Shown here piece by piece: positions 1 through 12,157 of a stretch of 64,000 bases of DNA. The stretch lies in the NCBI GenBank assembly GCA_020891255.1, contig BQFW01000001.1, forward strand, positions 2,418,001-2,482,000. Reading direction: 5' to 3'. This stretch comes from Entomortierella parvispora E1425. Taxonomy: Eukaryota > Fungi > Mortierellomycota. How positions within the stretch are numbered: position 1 is the stretch's first letter; each line of letters opens with the position of its first letter. The position numbers were made by a program, and so were the translations under genes. The notes under the pieces were generated by a model. It did not search any database. It saw only the letters and a list, made by a program, of their open reading frames with translations, and was not told the DNA's origin.

Positions 1-137
1 CATCCAACCAAGTTTAATCCCTCTGCTCATCCTGAACATCCACCTATATCAAAAGCCTGTATTTATTTCCTAGCAGGAAAAAATGAGTCGTACATCGTTC
101 TCTTTTCTCCACTGCCTATTCATCTCCTTTTCCACCT

Positions 138-1091
138 CTATCCAAGAAGAGGGGCGGACTCTCCTGACTGGCGACCGACCAAACGGAACACAAAAGGCTT
201 GAGGGTATAAGCAGCAACAGCAATACCCAAGCCCAACGAGGTCCAGTGAATCGCTGCATCATCCTGCTGCGAGAAAACGCCAAAGAGGTACCAGGCCAAG
301 ACCAAGGCGCCAGCGACATCTCCTTGCTTGTACTCGATGTATCCAATCACGGTCGATGCAATGAACGCCAATCCTGCAATTGCTAACACGGTCTGGAAAG
401 TCGAGGGAATACCCTCCTCATTCGCAGGCGACAGGATCGCAAACACGTTGATGATCAACAAAACAAAGATCCAAGCGTGGTACAGGGAGAAGGGCAAATG
501 CAAAAAGATCATGTCCAGCAACGACTCTGAATCCTCATAGTTGGCCTTGAGTCGGTAGTAGATAAAAGAGACGGCTCCAGTGGCCAAGAACAAGGCAAAG
601 AGCGCCAAGATGGTATGTCCAGAGCTCTATTGTGTGAACGCGTATTCATGTGTGAATATAGGCGAAAGAGTGGGCATTTGTTATGAGTCAGTTGAAAAGA
701 GAGGGTCAGGGAAAGAGAGCCAAGTAACTCTCGTCAGAATGACGTTCCTGGTTTTTGACCAAAAAAAAGTAGAAGAAAACAGGGGAGTTACCCAGAGAGC
801 AAGCCAGATAGCGTTAAAGACCGTAGCCATGACAAAGTGCCAACCAGCAGCCTGGTGGACCTTGTCCGTGAACCACTGGTAGACGACCATGCCGCCAAGC
901 AAGAAGTGAATCAACGTCCAGATGTAGAAGGTGTAGGCGGCGGGGGTAATGAACGACTTGTGCTTGGAATCATAGGGCGAGTCCTGGTCCCGGTCGCCAC
1001 CAAAGGTGGAGTAGAGGTTGCCAGAGAGCAAAGTCAAGTAGACAATGATGTTGGCGATCTTGGAGATCGAATGCTCGAATTGGATAGCCAT
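138..1091 (-). CDS. TspO/MBR-like multi-pass membrane protein, 2 exons (792-1091, 138-626), about 262 aa
   Basis: ATG at 1091 (MAIQFEH). A GT-AG intron at 627-791 joins NAIWLALW to SSGHTILALF in frame. FITPAAYTFYIW resembles the ITPAGYAFSIW motif of TspO-related proteins. Multiple hydrophobic helices. Confidence 0.7.
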
Positions 1092-1949
1092 GGCGGAGAC
1101 GGAAGGGGATGAGGTGAATCCAAATTGAATGGAGAAGAAAGAAAGGAAAAAAACAGAGAGACAGACAGCCAAGGAAATAAAATGAGAGCCTTTTTCCCTG
1201 TCTGCCTGACTGGCTGACCATGCCTGCTTGGCACCCTTTCTCTCCCTATGTGGCCATCATTGGCATACTGTATTGGTCTAACGTGAACACAGTTTCACAA
1301 GGTCAATTCAATTGGTGGCTTAAAGTAAAAAAAAACTAAGAAAAGTCACTCTGTGCGTGAACACCGTGAAGGCGAAAATCGCATCGGGGCGAGGGACAGG
1401 GTAGTTAAGTCTTTTAAGGGGTTTTGGGCTGGGCTTTTTATGTTGGAGTTGGTGGCGCGACTGCATTGCACGCTGCATGCTTTCCGCGAACCATTCAACC
1501 ATTCTTAACACCCTTCCTTCTTACTCACTCTAATTCTCAAGATCTCAAGATCCAGAGCGCCTCGTTTCTTTCCTTTCTTCCCCCTCCTTCGCCAAACTAT
1601 CCCTACCGACTGCTCACTATTTTTTCCCACGCTGGACAACCATTAGCCAACGTTTCATCTCCAAACGAGGGAAGATTGCATGTTCAGTTCCCAGAGCCAT
1701 TGGGCGGCAAGGACAACCCAACCCAATGTAGACTTCAATGCGACAACAACTGCTCTTCATGCGCTGGGTATGTTTGCACATTGTCGCACTGTCTGCTTTA
1801 GCATGGAAAACATGGCTGCATAGCGAAAGAAGGATTGGATGTTCATTCGCTTTCTTTGGTGTCTAATGAAGTTCATGCGACTTCGGGATCTAGCTCCTCA
1901 GGGTCATCTTCATCAGCATATGCATTACCACTATCTGAACAGGGGTGAA

Positions 1950-4900
1950 ATGAACGAGAACCAAAACGAAAGAGCGCAAGCTGGTTCGAGTGCAAGCAAT
2001 GCTGTTCCTCAAAAGAGAAAATCCAGGAGCGACAAAGGCAAGAAACGTGGCCCCAGAAATCAGCAAAATAATGACAGAGACCTGTCATATAGCGCCTCCA
2101 AGGGGAAAGAGCGTGCTATCCCACAAGACTCTAGCGATCTGTCGGAAGGAGAAGCTAGCTCGCGGTTACCAAAAGCGCATATGACGCAGAGACCTCACCG
2201 AGACTGCATGGATGATATCTTTGGTGGAGCAGAGCTTGTGTATTCACAGGGGGAGTTGGATTTGAGGACATCCGAGGCCCATGGCAGTGACTACGAGAGC
2301 GATGGATCCTCTGACTCGGAATATGACGAGGAAGATGACCAGACTAGGGAATTGAGGAAGATGGAGACCAAAAAGCGTTTGGCTGTGGCCAAGCTGACTC
2401 AGTCCTCCCGAGAATCATTGCCAGAAGAAATCATGCGGTCCCAGCAAGAAATTGACCGTGAAAGAGCGGAGGACGAGGAGCGGGCCCAGTTGGAGGTTGA
2501 TGATGGACCTGTTCAGTTTATCGCCGATCAAGAGCTGGATGCTAGCGATGACCCACTCATGCAAGGAACAGAGGACGTTGCCGCTCGTCGAGATTATTTA
2601 GACGATCAAGACTTCGACCAACAACTCGCAGACATGGAGATCTCCGCACTGCAGCAAGCTGCTCGCCAAGGCAAACAACAACAGGCCAAGAGTACCCAGG
2701 CAACATATGGCCGCTATCAGAGGCACTGGGTGGTAATAGAATGCTGCTGCTGCAGTTGACTGGCTCATCATTTTCAAACGTTATTGACCATAACAGAGTA
2801 ATCCATTACCTCCCATGACAATAGGCCTGGTGCAAACGAATGGGCTATGTCAAACCCAATGTACTTCCCAGTCGCTTCCTCCTTTACATGACCCACAACG
2901 TCGCCAAACACCCTGTCGACCCTGAGCTGCCAAAAGGGATTCGCCCTCTACGAGTCAGCAAAACAAAGGATGGCTATGATCCTGACGGCCAACTGCCGGC
3001 TCCAGAAACAGTCATGCAATACGTCAAAGCCTGCTTCGATCTTTTTTAAGATGCAAAAGGCAGATCCGAGCAACAAGGTTATGTTTGGGCATCCTACGAT
3101 CAGTTTACGATCTCCAGAGCTGTCTTCACTCATGAAGGGATATGTTCTGGAGTATTCCGCCCAACTCACCTCAGAAGACACAGCGACTCTCAACTTTGAC
3201 AGTGGATATGATATACCAGAGTTGTCTGCCTTAATGTGGGATGGCTGGCAACACAGATACCACGGAAGAACAAAGAGAAAGAAGATCGTCGGATTTCGAA
3301 GTCGTCTTAGTGGATCCTGGCTGCACTTCATGATGTCTCGAGGCGAAAACTTGCGTATGGCCAGGTTGTCTGACATATTCTCTCATGCATATGAACATCC
3401 GAAGGATGGTCACCAGTTCACTTTGGGAGTTATCCTTCAAATGTTGCGAGGAAAGACGAATCGAGATGGAAAGGCGGCCTATGGAAGCGTTGTCAGGAAC
3501 AAGGATGTTCAGATATGTCCTGTTGGCAGCCTGGCGCTTCATCTTCTCGAACGTTTCTTGGTAATAGCCATTAAATATTGGTGCCATATGTTTTTGTTGA
3601 TATGTTGAAGGCCATACAATTAACTGAGTGACTTTATCCCATTTTTTTTTCCACTTCAGCTTAAAAAGTTTGACCCCGCAGATAACTCCTGGGTCGACAT
3701 TTTTCTGCTTGTTGGAAATGACGAAAGAAAAACAGATGCATGATTCCACCCACCGCGCGGCCGGCAAGTCAGGGCTGGATAGCATTGGAGTGAAAACTAG
3801 CAAACCACTGCACGGGCATCGTGGATCAGGAGCACGGCATGCACAGGAAGCAGGAGCTGATATCGAAGCAATTTCTCAGCATGGTCGTTGGCAGACAGGA
3901 AGGCGAGTCGTCACTCACTACCTCAGCAGTTTCCCTAAGGATGTTCCTATGAAACTGGCTGGTTGTACTTTGCCTGGAGAACGCCTTTGGTTAGCTCGGA
4001 ACACTCTTACTCCAGACGCCAACTTGCAGCGAAAAGTCTTTCCGTTCATAGAGACATGCTTCACGTACCCCGACTGGACAGTATGGGTCGAAAACGTCAT
4101 GATGGATCGAGATATGTATTTGAATCGACCAGTCGATCGTCGCATGCCTATAGAGAAGAGGGACATTAGGCTCATACGGTTTCTTCTTCTTCTCGCCCAC
4201 CTCCGCAAAGTTGTGCTGCAGGACGCAGTCGCCTTGATGTCTCTCTCAATCCCAGATCGCCCCTACCATCGACATGAGATCTTCGACATCGATCTTTTCA
4301 AATCAATCGAGTTCCTAGAATTTCAGAAAAACCTGATCGAATCCATGGAAACATCTGTCTCGCCTCTGTCAGATAGTATCAAGGCCAATTTACCGGGTCT
4401 TCATCATCACAATCAAGTTGTGGAGTCGAAATTGGACAAACTAAAGGCGATCACTGAAGGTCTCCCCAAGATTCTAAGGGACGAGGCAGCAACATCTCGC
4501 GAATTGAACGTGAACGTCATGGATTCACTTGCAAAGCAGCATCGAGAATTAAACCAACACGCCACAATGGGGATCTTCTCAATGCTCTCTGATATGTTAC
4601 GAGCGGCGGATCTTCAGATTCGAGCACAAATGAGGCAGATGACTGGCATATCCGCATCAAATGATATAAGCCTTGCAAGAACTGCTTCAGAGCTGGAGAA
4701 TTCGTTGCGCACTCAAGTCTTTGCGCCTATCGAATGCATTCAGCATGTCCAGCAAATACAACAGGCAGTCCGAAGGCCTGCATCTTTAACACCGCAAGAA
4801 CCTCAGATCCATCCCACCTCTACTCAACCTCGACAAACGCGAAAAAACATGGAGAGCATGGAGCTCGGCTTAGAAGTCTCGGGAATGGTCATGGCAGAGA

Positions 4901-5808
4901 ATTTAAGAAAACATCGGCGGGAGGAGGCCCGCGTAGCGCAGCGGAACCAGACAACTCATCAAAATGCACGTATTGCTCCAGACGTTGTGGATGTGCCATC
5001 GTCAACACCTCCTATCCGCTCACTACCCCCTTCCCCACATGCATTGTCCATCATGGATGAAGAGTACGAACAGGAACAAGTTGATGATGACGACGACGAG
5101 ACTTTGATAGATCGTCGTAGGGAACGAACAAAGCAACGGCGACTCGAGATCAGACTTGATGAAGATCTTGATCTAGAACAACAAAGTCAACACCTAGCAA
5201 CAACACCACCACCACCACCACCACCACCACCACCACCACCACCACCACCGCAACCGCAGCCGCAACCGCAACCGCAACCGCAACAGCAACAGCAACAGCA
5301 AACGCCACCTTTACAAGAGCACGATCAGCAGCAGCAGCAGCGTCAATTGGAGGGAAATCTCGAAGGTCACCTTGCGGCGCTTGCAGCAAGCTTTTCTGAG
5401 CGAATATGGACCCTACCTCAGATAACTCCAAATATTGATAATATTGTGCTGGCGCGAGATGGGAACAGAAAAGACGCCGTACCCGTCGATTTGGATGAGA
5501 TATGGCGACGGTGGTTCAGAGGTTCTGGAGCTACCCCTCCTATCTGGCAACTAGATGTGTCCTTTGGCAAAGATTGGCGATATCGCAGGGGCAATATTGG
5601 AGTTTCCAATAGGAAAAACTACCAGTACTTCAAGGATGTGATCTATCACGTTCTGGGTATGATTCATGAGATGCCTGCTGAGCGTGACTTGGATGTGCGA
5701 AAACAATTGGCGTTTGAAAGTCTTCGGGAACCAATTGAGCGTGCCGGGGGTATATGTTCTTACCACAGAAAAGTAATCAAAAAAAAACCTGCAGCTGCGA
5801 TTGAATAA
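1950..5808 (+). mobile_element. Crypton-type (CryptonF-like) DNA transposon gene: tyrosine recombinase (Ndc10 domain II-like) plus C-terminal GCR1_C-like domain, with two apparent +1 frameshifts
   Basis: Introns at 2733-2824 and 3561-3659. YR motifs SRGENLR, GKTNRDG, CPVGSLA, HGHRGSGAR (HxxR), HGRW and THYLS (catalytic Tyr). C-terminal WRRWFRG...IWQLDVSFGKDWR resembles GCR1_C. Frame breaks at T6 (3042-3047) and A5 (3728-3732). Element ends not determined. Confidence 0.8.
5206..5340 (+). repeat. Coding microsatellite (CCA)n/(CAACCG)n/(CAG)n encoding a poly-P/PQ/poly-Q linker
   Basis: Directly visible inside the Crypton ORF, between the YR and GCR1_C-like domains. Confidence 0.9.
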
Positions 5809-5951
5809 ACAACATTCTGGCTTTCTACTTGTTATCCCTTTAATTCTGTAATGACTACTTAACTACTGCAGTCTCTCAAGTTCATGCGCTAGTTTGAATA
5901 CACTCTTGGTCTGTTGTCTTATCAGAAAAGGGGGCTGGCAGGATGAACGGC

Positions 5952-5987
5952 CAGAATGGATTTGCATTTTTTTCAGAATGGATTTGC
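5952..5987. repeat. 14-bp direct repeat CAGAATGGATTTGC x2, 22-bp period
   Basis: Exact copies at 5952-5965 and 5974-5987, about 145 bp after the Crypton stop codon. Confidence 0.85.
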
Positions 5988-6499
5988 TGCATCGTACCTC
6001 GAAGTCCGCCCCCTGGACTTTATGGTACGCCCTTAATTACATACACGTGACCATAAATTTCTGTGAATATTGCTTGTTCCCAAAAAATGTGAATTCTGGA
6101 TACTGTAGATTTCGCCTGCTGCCGCCGCGCAATTCTCCCACGCCGTCCCTCGTCTCTTCTTCCCGCAGAAACGCGCGTGTCGCCCCCCATCACAAGTTCC
6201 CGCTCCAAGGGCACGACCGTTGAGGGCAGGACAAACAGACAAACAGAGGGGCTACGATGCCATAAGCACGGCCCTTCCTTCCCAAAGACCTAAGAAAAGA
6301 AACTTTCTTCCCTTTCACATCCATCGGGAGAGACACAAAGGTGCTCCTCATGAGCTAAACTCGCAAGATAACAACTGAGAAGGGCGAATCGAAACAACAA
6401 AGACTTTTACTTTCTGGGAGGGGTATAGGCGCAGTGCAGAGCAATGCAAGAGGGACGGTATGTCAACAGCAACAACAACAACAAAGAGTAGAGCAACCT

Positions 6500-9400
6500 T
6501 TAAATCAAATGAGGCGTCTCGTCCACAAATTGGCCTTGTTCTGCTGACTCTATCAAGAAGGATTTGTGCACAATCATGGCTCCGACCTCCTTTGCTGCCA
6601 CCAACTTGGCAGTCCTGGGAGGGTTCTTCCCGTTCGCCACCAGATGTGTCACCTTGGCCTTCCATTCTTCATGGTCCTCGTTCACATCCTCAAGCACCAC
6701 CCCTCCGAGATCATTGATCGTTCGTTTAAACCGAGGGCGATCTGCCTGAAGAATTCCTGTCAGCAAGAAAAAGTATTGTCGCGGTACCTGGGATGCCACA
6801 TCTAATGCCAAAAATAAAAAGTTATTACCACAGGATCTGGATTCTGGATCTGTACACACTCAAGGTGTTGCTCTATTCACAAAGGCACACATACCTCGAG
6901 GTAGAGAGTCTTGCCGCATTTCAGTTTCTTCGTTACCGGCCAAAGGATTCTCTGGGATGGTGTATCCAAGTGACTCATAGAGCGCCCGCTTCTTCTGACG
7001 ACCTTCGACATCGTCCCAGTAGATGGCATCAGGACCGTACCTGCTTGCCTTGGAAAAGTAGTCAATACGTTCACCCTCCATCTCTGATGCCGTCGAAGAG
7101 GTAGTGAGTGAAGACGATGAGCCCTCTTCCGGCGGCGTGACTCTTCTTCGCTTGCGTTGTTCCCGAATGACGGGAACCTTTGGTAGAGGTTGCCAAATAT
7201 CCGAATCCTCCATATATCGCGGTTCTTCCTGGACAGCTGGAAATGATTGCCCAGAGGGCATCGATCTCAGTGAAGGCTGATCCGTAGTCAACATGGGCAT
7301 CGACATGTCATAACTGCTTGGACTGGTAGATGGGCCCATATTCAAGGACGAAATTTCACGCTTAACAACCACTGAGGAAGTGACCGCCGCTGCAGTTCGG
7401 TGTAGGGACTGCGTCGAGCTACTCTCATTTCCACGATATTGAGAGGCGGACGTGGCGGTGGTAGAGCGTTTTATCCGCCCAGGAAGGGATGTAGAGGCTG
7501 GAGTCAACAGCGAAGGAGAAGACATTGGTTTTGAAAGTCCTCGATGTCCTGTCTTCGAAGCGCTAGATGGCTGAGACGCAGATATGACAAGTGTCTGCAA
7601 GTGGTTGCCATCATAAATCTCACGATATTCGCTCTCCTTGACGCGGGTCCCTGTTTCGTGGCACTTGTACAGCCACTGTGGTGACACTGTGAATATTTTG
7701 TGTTTTGTTGCCATCTTGATTTCTCTCCCGACTTCCGGAGTTCGTTTGCCTTGATGGATAAAGTGAGTCGCGGATGAATTGAACGAGGTCAGCAGGCGGG
7801 CCCCCATATGGGCGATGAGATCCTGCATCTCATTATGGTCTCCTTGAACACGTCCATGAAGATAGATCACCAATCCTTCCAGTGGTCGGTCCGATGGTGC
7901 AGCATGGTATACAGGCACAAGTTGATTTTCGAATGGACTGTTTGAGCGTGAATTCGTAACAGAAGATGGCCTCATTAAAAGAGAATCTGAGTCTGATCGT
8001 TTGATGAGAGATCCTGCTGTGGACGGGTTCTCCAAGATGTAGTCGTCGTATGGCAATCGTTTGCTCTAGTTTCAAAAAAGAACCCCCAGGTCATATCAGA
8101 AGCCGAACCAATACATCCAGTCTAGAAACTACGCAGTTGTGTAAACTTACTTGCTGAATACAGTCCTGCAGCCACCTCATCTTGACAATGGGCTTACCCT
8201 TTTTCGCCATGAATTCATACTTTGGACCCGTCGGCCTGTCGGCGATCAGCAGGTTTGTAGTAAGGTTGTTCAGTTTGTCGCAAAATGTGGCGCCCATATG
8301 TCCAATTGCCTTGCCGATTTGTTCGTATTCATACTCTTTCAGTAAAGTAGTTGCAACCGCGATGTACAATCCCTCGAATCCTAAAATGCGACTTTAGATC
8401 AGAATCAATGTATCTTCCAAAGCTGACTTCTGCTCTCTATCAAAACTGCGCCTACCTGGAACTGGTAACACTGGAATGGGGGTGTTTAGAAAGTGCTCAT
8501 TTCGTGAAACGACCCTGTCTGTTTCGAGAGATCGCTCAAACCAACAGCCAGTGAGTATCTCCGTTTTCAGGTGCTGAAGACTCTGACCAGACCTAGCGAG
8601 AACGATAAACATATGTTGCAGGCGGTAAGAGTTAGCTCAGACCAAGCAATCACCTGGGTAGCGTGTTCGTCATTGTTTACCTAGAGAGCGGTACAATGGT
8701 CCAGATTCGGTCTAGAGGAACAGGAGGGGTCTCGCCTTCCGCAACAAATACACCTCCACGCGCCACTGTCTCACTCTGAATGGCAGAGACAAGCTTCTGT
8801 GAGCTCCAACCATAGGCTGATATGTACAGACCCAGAAAGATATTCGATTTCCCAGACTCTTCTTCTTCCTCGTCCATGTCCTCCTCTAGCGCCAGTAATC
8901 CCGTCTTTGATACCAAAGAATTGTCTTGGGAAGGCATTTGCGTCGTAGAGATCACTGAAAGCTCCCCCAGCGCCTCCGTCAATATTCCCGACTGAGTCCG
9001 AGATCTCAGTCCACGACGCGACTCTGCAGGCGAGCTGTAGTCTGGTGTATCCGATGGTGTTGTTGCGCCGCTCGAGGTAGTGGCAGCATTTCTATCAGTG
9101 GCGCTCCTATAAGCCATTAATTTGGCGCCATCCGTGACAGCTTTGGACGAAACTGAGCTACCATTGCTGTCTGCTGCAAGTACGGCAGCGATCCTTGGTC
9201 GACCGCTGGTCCTGCTCGAGTTTAAATCTGATGACTTGAAGGCACTGTCTGTGGTCCAGGTGGTGGCGCCTTGGAATCGAACTGGTTTTAGCTGGCCATC
9301 TTCCGATCGAGTTGGAAACGGTACAATATACTCAGACTCCGGTAACAGCTTGCAAGCCCTGTTCGACTGTCGAAGCCATTGGTAGTTAACGATGTAGGGA

Positions 9401-10971
9401 AGGTCGGTGTCCTGATTAAAAAGCGCAAGAACTCTGCATGAAATCGGAAAGCAAAAGTACTTAGTATATGTAGGATGGTTGCATAGTGGAGGTGGAGTTT
9501 ATCATCCCCGAACTAACCTGGCACTCAGTGTGTCAGAAGGAACGACAACATGTGTCACTTCAGATGGCTGGTATTCCGTTACTTGAATTCCTCCGCCCAT
9601 TCGTATCATTTTCTTGAGGCGGGTGGTCATTTCGGCCGAAAATTCTGGACTCAGATAGATATAACACGCCTCTAGATACATTTGGTCCTGAACAGACTGT
9701 GGTCTCACAGGTTCTGTGTCCATGTCCACAGGATTTGGCGCCTTCACTTCCGTGTTCAATGCATGGGTAGCTATTGATCGTTCACGCACGCGTTAATTCG
9801 ATGTCAGGACGATCCATGGTTTAATTCGTAGAGGACCGGGTAGAAAAACTTACGAGCATTCGACGGAATCTGATATTTGGACTCATCCGCGCGTTCTATA
9901 GTAAAGCAACCATATCGATGAATATCCTCTCTCAAAGCAGGTAGGCCCTCTACTCTTCCCAAGATGCCTTCTTACCCAGTTTCTTGATCGAATCCTTTAG
10001 CCAGTCATACGGAACGCAATGTAGTCCCCACATCAAAGCTGATTTGTATTTCAGTCCTGTTGCGCGGTGGCAGAGTAGATGTGTCGTCTTGCCTCTATGA
10101 AGATCACTGGTATATCTGCCTCCATACTTCAGTGTGTTCCTCTCGATTTCCTCTCGAACATCTAACGTCAGAAATGCAAATGAACTCTCAGGCTAGGGCG
10201 GTCTCATAGACAAATCGCTGCCAACAAAAGGGAACATAATGTTTTCATACCTGCGGCGTATCCTGTCACACAGATACTACATCCCGTCAATGGTCCCAGG
10301 ATATGATCCTCAGTCAGCTATAAGAAAGAACCTATTGTTAGTTTGACATCAGCATCCAGCAGGAGAGGCACGAACGCGTCCGAACGAGACTCACAGTCTT
10401 TAAATCGAAAGTATCCCCTTTGCACCATTGGTCGTAAAGCTTGTTCAGCCAAGCCGGGTTTAATACAGCGATTCCCAACGTGTATGCAACCTATAAAAAA
10501 ACATGATGATCAGACACATGATTTCTATCGAAATTCGACGGGTGGCTCTACGCAATGCCCTGGCGTCAAGAAATCTTCCCTTACCTTGTATTTCTGAGAT
10601 CCGACCTTTGCCACGAGCAAGTGGGTCACGTCCTCTGTCAGGTCTACATTAATTTCGCCGCCCATCGCCCTGACCTTTGTGTTGACGACCTCCTGATAAA
10701 ACGTGGAGTTTTAAAAAAGGAAGGCGAGGTCCAGTGTTATTATCTCGAGTGGAGACAAAAAGTCACGCAGCTGCACAGGATTAGAACAATTTTCCGAGGT
10801 ATTTACCCTCTCCGCAACAGAAAATCCAGTGTAACTAATGATGCATCCTTGCAATGGTAAAAGAGGATTCAAAGGATCAACTCCCTGCGTCGCAGGTGGC
10901 GGTGCAGGTAATGAGGTCTTGGATGAGCGAAGAACACCTCTGGCAGTGGCTGTGCTGGATTGTCTGAACAT
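6500..10971 (-). CDS. TOPBP1: TopBP1/Rad4(Cut5)/Dpb11 multi-BRCT checkpoint and replication scaffold, multi-exon
   Basis: Start MFRQSS at 10971, stop at 6500. About seven BRCT-like units, e.g. LQGCIISYTGF...VTHLLVAKVGSQKYK, LTGCSICVTGY...TTHLLC...WLKDSI, PLEGLVIYL...VSPQWLYKC and YFFLLTG...RTAKLVAA. Canonical GT-AG introns link the first exons in frame. Confidence 0.8.
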
Positions 10972-12089
10972 TCTCTAGTAGTCTGTATTGATGTATTGAT
11001 GGTGGGCAGGATGGTCAAGTTGCAGCGACGCATGCATCCGCGAATGTTCGTGGCGGTGGCGTTCGAAAGTACAAGGCGACTGAATGTCGACAAAGGGTCG
11101 AGCGAGTGCAGGCAAAAAGGGTTAATTCTTTGAGCTCTGTCCTTTTGCAGGTATGTGTGGGTCGGGGAGCAGAGAGACAGACAGACAGACAGACAGACAA
11201 GCAGACAGACGGGCAAAGAAGAAGGAACGTGGGCACACCAAGGTGTCTGAGGGTGAATGAATGGGTGTGAATGTCAACAGTGGACAGATGCGCGGCACAC
11301 AACCGAAAGTCAAAAACGCGTGGTGACTGCCTTTCATTTATCTTCTGCCTGCTTGTTTGTTGTGGGTCTGTTGCAGCACGCGTTCGATCAACGTGCCTCC
11401 CGCACCGCCTGCTCTGTCCCACAGAGATCACTCCAACATGCACCCACGCCTGTCATCTTCACGATGTTAGAACCTTGAGATAAATCTTCAGAATCTTCAG
11501 TACTAAGTCATACTCATTGTCAGCTACCTTGATCAAGGCAGAGTCAGGAGGCAGGCAGGAAGACAGGCTCAAGAAAAGGTCAGACACAGTCCTGAAAACA
11601 GCATCAGGCACTTCGACCAACTGCAGAGAGTGAACTCTCTTGTGAGTATCTGCCCAGGTCTGGATGGATGAAGATGCACGTTTTTCTGCTTGATCGAATT
11701 GACATTGGCTTGTGGAGATGTCAACTATGATTTCGAGCGCTGGGTGAGGCAATTTTTATTCAGCGGCAAGATGTTCATGTCAATGACAGCACAGGAAGCC
11801 ATAGTAGGGAAGATGAAAGAGATGACAGACATCAAGAAGCAAGCAAGCAGGCAATGTATTGTAATGGATTAGGTTGAAGTATTGAAGTATTGAGTGTCTG
11901 AACTCGAGTGCGCGAATCTCTTCCCACATGTACATGAAAGACCAGAGTTGCTGCTAATGGATACCAGATATCGTATCCTCTTTACTTTTTTTTTTTGGCC
12001 CACGCCTTTCCGTGCAACAGCAGTGCAAGAGGCAGGTGGAGACAGACAAGTGTGAGCTGAAAAAAAAATGAAGTGAGACCAAGAAAAGG

Positions 12090-12157
12090 GATGAAATGGA
12101 TGAACTCAGAGCAAAACAGATGAAATGGATGAACACAGAGCAAAAAGGATGACATGG
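12090..12157. repeat. 29-bp tandem repeat (GATGAAATGGATGAAC[T/A]CAGAGCAAAA..) x2.3, with a degenerate echo near 12258-12297
   Basis: Directly visible in the intergenic region. Confidence 0.6.

Noticed and set aside
1336-6299. CTAAGAAAAG at 1336-1345 and 6290-6299 as Crypton terminal repeats
   Set aside because: A 10-bp A-rich match between two windows of several hundred bp is expected by chance. Other copies are needed to define the ends.
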